64,000 nt of DNA, taken from NCBI GenBank assembly GCA_002633005.1, contig NMRA01000309.1:124001-188000 (forward strand), in the 5' to 3' direction. A program made the translations under genes and the position numbers. The first letter of the stretch is position 1. The number at the start of each line of letters is the position of its first letter. Shown piece after piece: positions 15,301 to 23,700 of this stretch. A model generated the notes under the pieces. It saw only the letters and a program-made list of their open reading frames with translations. It ran no database searches and was not told the DNA's origin. This stretch comes from Phoronis australis (Eukaryota > Animalia > Phoronida).

Positions 15301-16616
15301 AAAAGGTAGTTTCAGCAATGACTGTTTAAAATTTAAAAAGTTACAAGGATTTTCATGTTGAATGCCAATTTAAACAGTAAAAAATCTATAAAGAAAATTA
15401 CAGGAAACATATAATTCAGTTCTGTTTATATGTAAACATTATCTGTAAGGAAAACTATTGAAAGAAAACACACAAGGCTGGACACAGTGAATGAATAAGT
15501 TTCACAACCACATATATGCTAAGCTACGATGAATGTTATCACTGAGATTCCAAAAAATTGATCTTTTTCCGTAGAGGCTCGTGTTTACAGTGTAATTGTT
15601 GAGTGCTATCCAATTCATAGTTTAAGGGCCAAAGCCTGCTGTCTCCCTCTATTGGAGGCTAAAGCTGCTTTTTAGGAGCCTTCCTGAATTCTGATGCAAG
15701 TAAGTGAATTGTGAAACGTTCCAAGATATGATCTCATAATTCATTACAAATGCCAAATAATAAATAAATTTGGTCGCAGTTTTCTTAAGATGCATTGTTT
15801 ACCGCTGAGAACAAGTATATTGAAATACCACCAACTTAAAGGCAAACCATAAAAAACTGACTGAAATGCATACATTATGCCAACAGTTTAATGTAGGTGG
15901 TGCAAAAAACTCACTCTTTCGATCGGAGGACTACATCAAGGATTTTATTGACCAGTGACTCATCTTGCATATTAGTATCTTGGCTACTGTTCAGCCTGAC
16001 CTGCTCATCAACAAGTGGTCCAAGGGCCTGCTCCACTCGACGGCGTAAATTTTTCACATACTGATACCTGAAATTGAGCTTACCTTTTTAGCTCAAAGGA
16101 ACATAGTAATCTCATACTTATACAGCATGCATTGCATGAAGTATATCAATTGCACTCCTAATTAACAGCATTATGACAAATATCAACTCTTTGTTTGAAA
16201 AAACAATACAAAAAGGAGAGCTATGTAGATAATACTAATCACTGACAGAATAAATCAAATTTAAAGTTCAATTTAAAAATATCCATACATAACATGCAAC
16301 AGATTATATTAACATATCATGTAATGCTTCATAATTTTGCAAACCTTCACAAATTTTCACATTAAAATTACTAAAGAAACAGAAGGTCAAGTCTTCAAAT
16401 ACAAAAAATATTTATGTGAACAGTTTTCCTCTCAAAAATTCAGTTTTTCCATGACAGTACAGTGTAGAAATGGCATTACTTTTCAAACCCATCATCGTTG
16501 CTCTCAAGGTGCAAAATAACTTCTTGTGCTTGTTCAAATGAGCCAGCTTGCTGTATGTGGGGCTTAAAACTGATCATCAGTTCACGAAGGCTCTGAACCA
16601 GTTCCTCTCCTTCCAT
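194..16616 (-). CDS. TBC1D32: Protein broad-minded / TBC1 domain family member 32, 5' part (16 coding exons, 650 codons; gene continues past left edge)
   Basis: Exons join in frame through GT-AG sites: 16616-16480, 16067-15915, 14923-14746, 14203-14129, 13344-13210, 12530-12455, 11921-11812, 11568-11507, 11219-11078, 10676-10620, 10083-9981, 8972-8823, 8310-8215, 7282-7143, 6139-6006, 395-194. Peptides such as EVILHLESNDDGFEKYQYVKNLRR, VRLMNEFQRQVHTFWVR, LALVDPKADWFTKWMHG, YFTGAELDYLYFIHCLTIVGRLL and AHIIAEF..CRQLYNTGEGL..AAAWKK are collinear with vertebrate TBC1D32 as I recall it. Confidence 0.93.
1190..1293. mobile_element. ~100-bp hairpin MITE-like element
   Basis: Imperfect ~40-bp inverted repeats (tatagtcatttacagggg..tgagaacc / ggttctcag..ccctgtaaaagactata). 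Confidence 0.55.
2504..2934. mobile_element. Non-autonomous DNA transposon, PIF/Harbinger-like MITE
   Basis: ~45-bp imperfect TIRs (gttgcatgaaagagtccc..gggactc / gagtccc..gggactgtttcatgcaac), flanked by CTG and CAG (CWG-type site). Confidence 0.55.
4240..5045. repeat. Interspersed repeat with degenerate internal units (Helentron/HINE-like)
   Basis: Recurrent gcca(c)..ggggc and aatttcat motifs; terminal hairpin cccacacgtgtatatgtggg. Classification is tentative. Confidence 0.35.
6006..6139 (-). CDS. TBC1D32: TBC1D32 coding exon 15 (DHGVHQASEATYLHIADILSMVASSTEGRRHLMYGEN...)
   Basis: CTGCAG acceptor, GTAAGT donor, 134 nt. Confidence 0.9.
7143..7282 (-). CDS. TBC1D32: TBC1D32 coding exon 14 (EQYEPGVLAAEVLKNLC...WLDGAT)
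   Basis: CATATAG acceptor, GTGAGT donor, 140 nt. Confidence 0.88.
7590..7915. repeat. Degenerate ~30-bp minisatellite in TBC1D32 intron
   Basis: About 10 units resembling ccaacaagttcatcatttggatatagaagg. Confidence 0.7.
8215..8310 (-). CDS. TBC1D32: TBC1D32 coding exon 13 (PVTITQLVVAMIHLVQDP...)
   Basis: TTTCAG acceptor, GTAAAG donor, 96 nt. Confidence 0.83.
8823..8972 (-). CDS. TBC1D32: TBC1D32 coding exon 12 (ESLHANIKQYFTGAELDYLYFIHCL...DRS)
   Basis: Strong peptide match; phase-compatible acceptor GTTCAG; weak donor GTCTAA. 5' boundary less certain. Confidence 0.85.
8990..9430. repeat. 33-bp minisatellite (~13 units)
   Basis: Unit gtgaacaactcatctcaacatatgtagtgcaca; explains the repetitive ORFs at 8949-9460. 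Confidence 0.9.
9981..10083 (-). CDS. TBC1D32: TBC1D32 coding exon 11 (IESAVKHVLEFIG...VTG)
   Basis: TTGTCAG acceptor, GTAAGT donor, 103 nt. Confidence 0.85.
10620..10676 (-). CDS. TBC1D32: TBC1D32 coding exon 10 (HGSYGRMPLLQLLQQYKVL)
   Basis: TTTGCAG acceptor, GTGAGT donor, 57 nt. Confidence 0.88.
11078..11219 (-). CDS. TBC1D32: TBC1D32 coding exon 9 (FLREVLEFTLKLL...LALVDPKADWFTKWM)
   Basis: TTTCAG acceptor, GTATAA donor, 142 nt. Confidence 0.9.
11507..11568 (-). CDS. TBC1D32: TBC1D32 coding exon 8 (VRLMNEFQRQVHTFWVRFSE)
   Basis: TTTTTCAG acceptor, GTAAGA donor, 62 nt, well-conserved peptide. Confidence 0.9.
11812..11921 (-). CDS. TBC1D32: TBC1D32 coding exon 7 (VQYILNYFKDNEKNLSLPKLRSGLNL...VKA)
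   Basis: TTTTCAG acceptor, GTAAGT donor, 110 nt. Confidence 0.87.
12455..12530 (-). CDS. TBC1D32: TBC1D32 coding exon 6 (HHALKFIGRGFASASLHNKEFYIIL)
   Basis: TTTCAG acceptor, GTATGC donor, 76 nt. Confidence 0.85.
13210..13344 (-). CDS. TBC1D32: TBC1D32 coding exon 5 (TRKNALKDISNAQP...DALSDCDNTLS)
   Basis: TTTCAG acceptor, GTAAGT donor, 135 nt. Confidence 0.85.
14129..14203 (-). CDS. TBC1D32: TBC1D32 coding exon 4 (STFCFLTPEQIHTAVANLDKKKPLQ)
   Basis: poly-T TGCAG acceptor, GTAAAT donor, 75 nt. Confidence 0.85.
14746..14923 (-). CDS. TBC1D32: TBC1D32 coding exon 3 (YQILTEDLK...SSFNQ)
   Basis: TTTAG acceptor, GTAATG donor, 178 nt. Confidence 0.88.
15915..16067 (-). CDS. TBC1D32: TBC1D32 coding exon 2 (YQYVKNLRRRVEQALGPLVDEQ...)
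   Basis: TTTCAG acceptor, GTGAGT donor, 153 nt, frame preserved. Confidence 0.88.
16480..16616 (-). CDS. TBC1D32: TBC1D32 coding exon 1 (MEGEELVQSLRELM...DDGFEK)
   Basis: ATG at 16616, acceptor TTTGTAG just before 16635, donor GTAATG, phase 2. Confidence 0.88.
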
Positions 16617-17376
16617 GATATCCCAATGGTACCAACTACAAACAACCAAATTGAAGGTGAAATATAAGACTATGATAAACAAATAAAAGTACACTTCATA
16701 AAAGGTCAAATTTCCCAAGAGGGAGATTGATGATGAATAGAAACATGTTTCAGCAAATTATGATTTAATGACCAAACTCTTATGAAAGTATGTGTATATA
16801 CCCTCTTCATCAGTACCTACATGTACATCGATTAACTTATTCACACAAACTGACTTAGTTTCTAGCTTCCATCTTTCAAAGCAGGCATTGTGTTGTGAGT
16901 TTGTGACGTAGTTCAAAGATGGAAGTGATATCAGAGTGAATGCTAATGGGTAATATAAAGCGCGCTTAAAAGATTTGGCTGCACCTACAGGCAATAACAT
17001 TCTGATCAGTTCAGTTAAGGCGCTCATCTAGCACACAATTGCTCTCAGCCATTACCAATTCAATTCTCAGCTCCAACACGCATTTTTCGAACATTGGACA
17101 TGAATTAAAATGTAGCCATTTAAAATAATAGAAATGTCCCTAAATATCAATTGCCTGACAAAACAAAATGTAACACAAACTTAACATGATTAAAAATCAC
17201 TAGTACATTCTTCCCTGAGTAAACTAACTTGGTTACCAGAGCAAAAACAATTCCATTATTCTGCATTTCAAATTTGGGAAGTGTTCATACGCATCCTGGA
17301 ACAAAGTGTTTGATATAAATGGCTGAAGTAAAGCAACCGTGAAATTCCTGGTCCTGAGTGTCAGACCTTTTAGTAT

Positions 17377-17530
17377 TGCAGTAATAGCCAAAACCGCCGA
17401 GATTACCTGACAAGGGAATCGAACCAACCACCCCCCATAATATCGGCGAGCATGCTAACCATTCACCTAATAGACAATTGCCTGTTAATAAGTGGCTAAC
17501 AGAGGCTCATATGATTCATTGGATGCAGTA
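17377..17530 (-). mobile_element. Solo LTR of the tRNA-containing TRIM family
   Basis: Reverse complement is homologous to the LTRs at 18627-18770 and 19005-19155 (atatgagcctctgttagc..ggcaattg..tgaatggttagca..ggttcgattccc..ggtaatctcggc..tattactgca); 4-bp TSD GTAT at 17373-17376 and 17531-17534. Confidence 0.75.
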
Positions 17531-17894
17531 GTATTCTACATAGTGTATTGGGACGATCAGAAGCTACGAACGTCTGTGCTAATAACTTGACTTTGAGGTT
17601 TTATAATCAGTCCGAGGCAAAATTCGTCGAAAAACTTACTCTTATTCTTCTTCCTGAAAGTGCTGGTGCATGTCACGTTGGAGACAAAATTGTTATCAAA
17701 TTGATAAGCAATTAAGTTGAGAAGGTGCACGATGCGGATTAAAAATAGACATGTACAATGTCTTAGTTTGGGAATGGTCCGAGCCACTTATGATGAAAGG
17801 CAGCAAAAGGGAGCACTCACAGTATCTAGGTTGAGATTCCAGCATATACAGCTCCAATAGGAGCTTCACCGTCTCTACTGGGGCCAGCTAGAGA

Positions 17895-18586
17895 CACAGG
17901 CGTCCTCAGTTTCTGATCGTCCCCAATACACTATATATAATACTACAAGGTATGACACTTCGGACTAGAAATTCCACGGGTGCTTCACCTCAGTCGTCCA
18001 TAGCAAACATAAAACGCAATAAATTTACACAAAACAGAGGTTCAACAAACTATGAAGAATTGTTCTTTCTCCCAATACCATTTACGGTGTCCTACTCCAC
18101 CAAGTTCACAAGAAATTCGCGGTCAAAGCACAAAAATCTTCCCAAAAAGTCCATCCGGAGCAACTCCTTGGTCCCACGCGCAGGGTACGGAATTATCCGA
18201 TGAGTTACGGATGTACGGCAATTGTCGGAAAGTCACGGCATCGATAACTTGGCAATTGCCGTTCATTCGTAACTCATTGGATAATTCTGTACCCTGCACG
18301 TGGGACCAAGGAGTTGTTCCAGACGGGCTTTTTGGGAAGATTTTTGTGCTTTGAGCACGAATTTCTTACGAACTCGGTTGAGCAGGGCACCGTAAATGAT
18401 ATTGGGGGAAAGAAAAATTCTTCATGGTTTGTTGAATCTCTGTTTTGTGTAAATTTATTGAGTTTTATGTTTGCTATGGACGGCTGAAGTGAAGCACCCG
18501 TGGAATTTCTAGTTCAGAGTGTTATACCTTGTAGTATATATAGTGTATTGACTATTGGGGACGATAAGAAGCTGGGGACACCTGTG
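17895..18586. repeat. Long foldback hairpin (arms ~17895-18226 and ~18251-18586, ~24-nt loop)
   Basis: Arms are reverse complements throughout, with mostly transition mismatches; weaker homology extends further out on both sides. Confidence 0.92.
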
Positions 18587-18626
18587 GCTAGAGACGGTGG
18601 TCACTGTTTTGGATGTCTGTAGCTGT

Positions 18627-19155
18627 TGTTGTTGATGTGCTTCCGGTGAATTATATGAGCCTCTGTTAGCTACTAGCTTACGGGCAATTGCCTATTAGCT
18701 GAATGGTTAGCACGCTTGCCGGTTTTATGTGGGTCGCTTGTTCGGTCGGGTAATCTCGGCTATTACTGCAAATAGCGTAGTCGGCAACCGGATGATCTAC
18801 CGAAGAAGCACTGCCAACTAGTACCCAAGGACCTTGGGACGGCGCGTGTGGAAGGTTCCAAGAGTCAATGACCTGTATGAGAGACTACCTTGTGTTCACC
18901 TGTGTTGCGGTGGTAAAGGTACCAAGGGGCGTTGATGACCTGTATGCGAGACATCCTGGTGTTCACCTTCCTGATCGCGTGCCCGTTCCGTAGGGAAGGG
19001 GGAATGTTGTAGATTGCTTCCGGTGAATTATATGAGCCTCTGTTAGCTACTCGCTAACGGGCAATTGCCTATTAGCTGAATGGTTAGCACGCTTTCCGGT
19101 TTTATGGGGGTCGCTGGTTCGATCCCCGGGTCGGGTAATCTCGGCTATTACTACA
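18627..19155 (+). mobile_element. Non-autonomous LTR retrotransposon (TRIM) with tRNA-derived LTRs, Helenus-like
   Basis: TG..CA LTRs 18627-18770 and 19005-19155; 4-bp TSD CTGT; PBS TAGCGTAGTCGGCA 18773-18786; PPT AGGGAAGGGGGAA 18992-19004; A box TAGCTGAATGG and B box GGTTCGATCC in the 3' LTR. Confidence 0.88.
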
Positions 19156-19194
19156 CTGTCTATGCACGCACAGCGGACAAAGCTACACGTACAG

Positions 19195-20134
19195 TAGGCA
19201 ATGACCATCGCCTCTGTTGGCCCGAACAAGAGGCAATGCAGAGGCTATAGGCGCTCTGTACGCCGGAATCTTTTCGGCGAATTATGCCTCGCACCGACTA
19301 AACCATCAAAGTCAGGTTGTTATAAATACATTTTACGCATAGAGGAACACCTTAGGAGGTTGTTGATGTGTTTAATTCCTATCAACTCGAACAAATACTC
19401 CCGTTATGAAACTTTTTCTTCGAGCAGTCCCTATTTCAGTTCCCAAAATCGTGAAATCAACATTTTCATTTTTTTAACCACGCCGAAGGTCAGAAGTTGC
19501 GGACCTACCGGCGAACTTTGAAAGCTGAAGTTCCCGCCCTTCGCGTACGTGCTGCCGGGAACCAGCCGTGCATTTGCCGTTTTGGTAAACATTAAAATGT
19601 CAAATATGTGCACAAAGACTATTAAATGTCATATCAACAGCATTTATTTTTATCAAATACAAAAAATAATTCAATGAAATACAATCAATTTCAAGTAACG
19701 CCAATTAAAGACAAGTATAAGTGGTGGCATTTTGGAAACGAACATTTGACTGACAAGACCGCAATGGCTCACCTTTGGCCTATTTAAAGATTGAGGTCAT
19801 GAAGTCACATCACCTAGCGAGCGCGGTAAAAATTGGAGCGTGTGCAGTATAAAAATGGTGAGTTCACGATTTTGGGAACTGAAATAGGGACTGCTCGAAG
19901 AAAAAGTTTGATACAGATAATGGGAGTATTTGTTCGAGTTGGAAGGAAATAAACACATCGACAACCTCCTCAGGTGTTCCTCTATGCGCAAAAGGTATTT
20001 ATAACAACGTGACTTTGATGGTTTAGTCGGTGCGAGGCATAATTCGCCGAAAAGCTTCCGGCGTACAGAGCGCCTATAGCCTCTGCATCGCCTCTGGTCT
20101 GGTTCGGGCCAACAGAGGCGATGGTCATTGCCTA
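19195..20134. mobile_element. Non-autonomous long-TIR element (Mutator/MULE-like)
   Basis: ~270-bp TIRs (taggcaatgaccatcgcctctg.. / ..cagaggcgatggtcattgccta); 9-bp TSD CACGTACAG at 19186-19194 and 20135-20143. Confidence 0.85.
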
Positions 20135-20173
20135 CACGTACAGATAATTAACTGACTAAGCAATTAGGCCTAC

Positions 20174-20725
20174 CTTTCCTTTTGAATCTACAATTGTGCA
20201 TGCATATTGTTCTTGGTTACCACATATGCTTGGTCACACAAAGTTCATTTCATTTTAATGTCCAAAAAGTGGACAAGATGGGAAATATTATTCAAAATTT
20301 CACTTCACAACCAGTTGTTGACATCGATGTCGGCCATGTTTGACTCCGAGGGTGTATCGTGAAATTTGATTAGCTAACTTCGACATCCATGAATATTGGC
20401 CAATCAAATGGATCGTTGTAACCATCCATGTAAAATCGAGAGACTTGTTCTCAAATTTTTTTGGAGAGTGTAATGAATCTTCCTTGGATTTCTGCTCAGT
20501 TACATTTTGTTTGGTATAGTTTTCATGACTTAATTTTCTTAGATTTAAATGGTTGCTATATTATACATTTACCTATAGACGCAGGATCATTGAATGAGTT
20601 TATTGCAAGAAATTCACAAATATTCAAAGACTTTCCACAAATTTTTGTAGTCACGCACTTGTCTGTGAAGTTGGAAAAGTGTTTAGCTGCGTCTTCGCCG
20701 ATGTGTACAGGTGCAAGAGAAAAGA
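20174..20725. promoter_or_regulatory. Putative bidirectional promoter and non-coding first exon of TBC1D32 / 5' region of the NIPSNAP gene
   Basis: Minus-strand donor AAG|GTAGGC at 20174/20173, YY1-like AACATGGCCG near 20331-20340, palindromic CCAAT (ATTGGCCAAT) 20395-20404, NIPSNAP ATG at 20726. Confidence 0.55.
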
Positions 20726-20788
20726 ATGCTGTCACTCCTTGTCACTTCGTTTAGAAATAGTGCCAAATTTGGCAAAGTATTAGGGAAG
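20726..20788 (+). CDS. NIPSNAP3: NIPSNAP exon 1 (MLSLLVTSFRNSAKFGKVLGK)
   Basis: ATG plus phase-0 donor AAG|GTAAAG matching the exon 2 phase; transit-peptide composition. Confidence 0.7.
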
Positions 20789-23700
20789 GTAAAGTTTATG
20801 AGAATTGCATATTTTCTCGCTTTGAATGCTACAGTGTCGAAGACCACCCCTTTGGCTTTATCAGTCAAGGACTGTTGTGTTGAGGCTGGACCGGGGTCAC
20901 TCGTATTGACAAGTTGTCCACAGACGTGTACTTTTTCAGCAAGTTTTGCGGGACCTGCACGGGGTCCAATGGGCCCTTAAATTTCCATTTCGTCCCTGCA
21001 AAAGGGTGTCGGAATTAGCATACCTCGACACCCGCTATAGGGGTTAGCAATTTTTGGTATAGGCGCACAGGCACCTGGTCAATATGAGTGACCCCTTGGT
21101 TGTAGGTTCGTGTTGTGAGGTCTTTTTTCCACTTGTTCAACTTGATTCTAACATGTCCAACTTGAAATGTCTTGGGGTGGGAGGTTTTATCGTAGCTATA
21201 GGTCTCTCACGTCCCTGGGCTCGAACTAAACTTTTACTTGAAGGGTTTTAGCCAAAATGGCTAATAATTAGCATCTGAAAACTTAGCCATTTTCAAAAAT
21301 TATTAGTCAAATACTTTCTCTTTTCTTAACCGCCAAATTGATAAAAGTACTGTTACATTTTTATTTTTCATGTTATGCACAGGTCCTTTTCATAATGTAA
21401 TACAAGAAAAAACAAAATGATCAACATTCCAAGGTCATATAGCAACCTCACAAGTTGGAGGGGATGTCAACCAATATGGGTTTTATTATGATCTAACAAG
21501 TTTGGGCATAGGTTCCCCTTATGTCCGAGTTACTGCATGGGTACGCTGCCCACATGGGCATTTAAATGATGTTGACCTAACAAATATTGGGCAGGGATTC
21601 CCCCTATCCCCAGGCATTTTGATGACTGCAAGACATTTGCGTCCACAAAAACGTGAAACATAACTTGTGGTTAGCAAAATAAGGCTAAATCGTGCAGAGT
21701 ATGTAATCTAAAACTCATTAAATAACGAACTGACATAATTACTTGATACCTTGCTTTCTTTCGACAGCCGCAAAAATTCAAACAAGTCCCTGAGTCTCTC
21801 AATAACTTCTTACACTCCTCGCAACATTTAGCGACCTGACTAGGTATGTCATGTGACGTATTTTGGTTTAAAAATACGGATAACACAGTCATTCTTTACG
21901 GGGTCGTACGCATCTTTTACTCCTTGAAAAATAAACTGTCAATGTCAAGTCTCAAAAGTCTCAAACAATATTTGACACAACAAATTATGTGCAGGAAGTT
22001 GGTTAAGTTGGTAATGAATTACGAGACATTCACGTAATTTGAAAATAATGATTTTACACCTTGAGTTCAAATTGCGTGTTTGAGACAGCTCAACTCATGG
22101 TTTTATCCCCTGGGTAATTAATGCCATCGGACCGGCTCACATCACATCACCAGTGTACATACATATAAGATGTGATCCGCCATGTCGACAATCTGAGTGA
22201 AGTATTTAAAAAATCTGCCAAAAAGTGAAAGGAATTTAAGAATTCGAAGCATGTAGGATAAACTTGTACAAAACCTACCTTGATTGGCTTAGATGAGGTA
22301 ATATCCCACGAGACAGAAGGGTGACATTTTATTTCGTGTATCGACCGAGACCGAAAAAATGTCTTGGGATATTACTTCATCTACGCCACTCTGTATGTTT
22401 TGTGTATATTGGTCTCTAGTCTTATGTGAACTCTCAATAGATGTCGCTGTGCTACTGTTTTGCTTGCTAACTGTGAACTGCCACACACCAATAATAAACA
22501 TTCTACTTTCTTCCTTTATGGTGCCACCTTTGACCTCCAGCCCCAGATAGATTTCTATTAAAGAGACGACATTTCTTTTTAATTTTTGAACAGATTTTAC
22601 ACTGTGCCGGCCATTGTTACTGTTTCACGTCTGTTTTTGCCATTTGGCTAATTATTTGCTAAACCACTCTTAAGAATCATTATGACAATTTCTCTACTTA
22701 AATTTGTCTTTTAAAATTTCAGGAATGAAACTTGAAAGCACTACAAAAAATAATCAATAGCAACTATGAAAGTGTCAAAACGTGGCTTCAGATCTTGTCA
22801 TTTGTGGGCTTCATTTCAGAATGCGAGGACAACATCATTGCATCATTACAGTAGAACCCGACTTTTTTTCACTTGAAATGCTCGTCTTTTGTTCAGTGTG
22901 AAAATAGTGTCCATTTTGCCAAAAAATGACTGCCAAGGTGTTGTTTAGTGTAATGTTTCTTGTGTAGGCTCTGAGACCTCAAACATCCGCATGTGCATTC
23001 TCCACTACCCCATCCACTCTTGTTGGCCAGATGCCAAAGCCAGATGCTGCCATATATGAATTCAGGACATACACGGTCAAGCCAAAGGATGTTAAGACAT
23101 TTATACAGGGGTGCCTTGGTTGTATGCCCACACGAATGCAGCATTCACCCCTCCTAGGATATTGGATGTGTGAACTGGGGGCCCTCAATTCATTCATCCA
23201 TGTGTGGCAGTATGGTAAGTATTTGATGTATGAGAACCTGGCTCATGGTGCAGAAAAACAATAACATACTACTAAAAGTGTGTTAACAGTTAATGTTGTA
23301 TGAATTTCTCCCTGAATGTATCAGTATGCTACAAATATCTGCATGTAAGGAACAAGCTGACATCTTAAATGTAAGTGACTTGTTCTCAATTAAAAAAGGT
23401 TCATTTTGAGTGGGTTTATACACACGTACGTCTACAAGGAATACCAACATTATGGAAAGTACATTATATTGTGTACTGATGACAACGTTATTACGATAAA
23501 GTTGCATTGTAGAATGGCCCTACACAAGGTAATCGTAAGATTTCAATGTAATTGTAGAAATATGTGAAAAGGACAAAAATTGTTGCTTTATCGATATCAG
23601 ATTTCATCCAGACATATACCTTTACACAAACTACACAAACCATCCAACAAAGATGTATTGGACCACCACACACAGAGGTAAAAGAACTACCATTCAACTG

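Noticed and set aside
17952-18354. ORFs within the hairpin
   Set aside because: No protein motif; the symmetry explains the open frames
19065-19140. Functional tRNA gene
   Set aside because: A and B boxes are present but the acceptor stem is poor, and the segment is embedded in an LTR with three diverged copies
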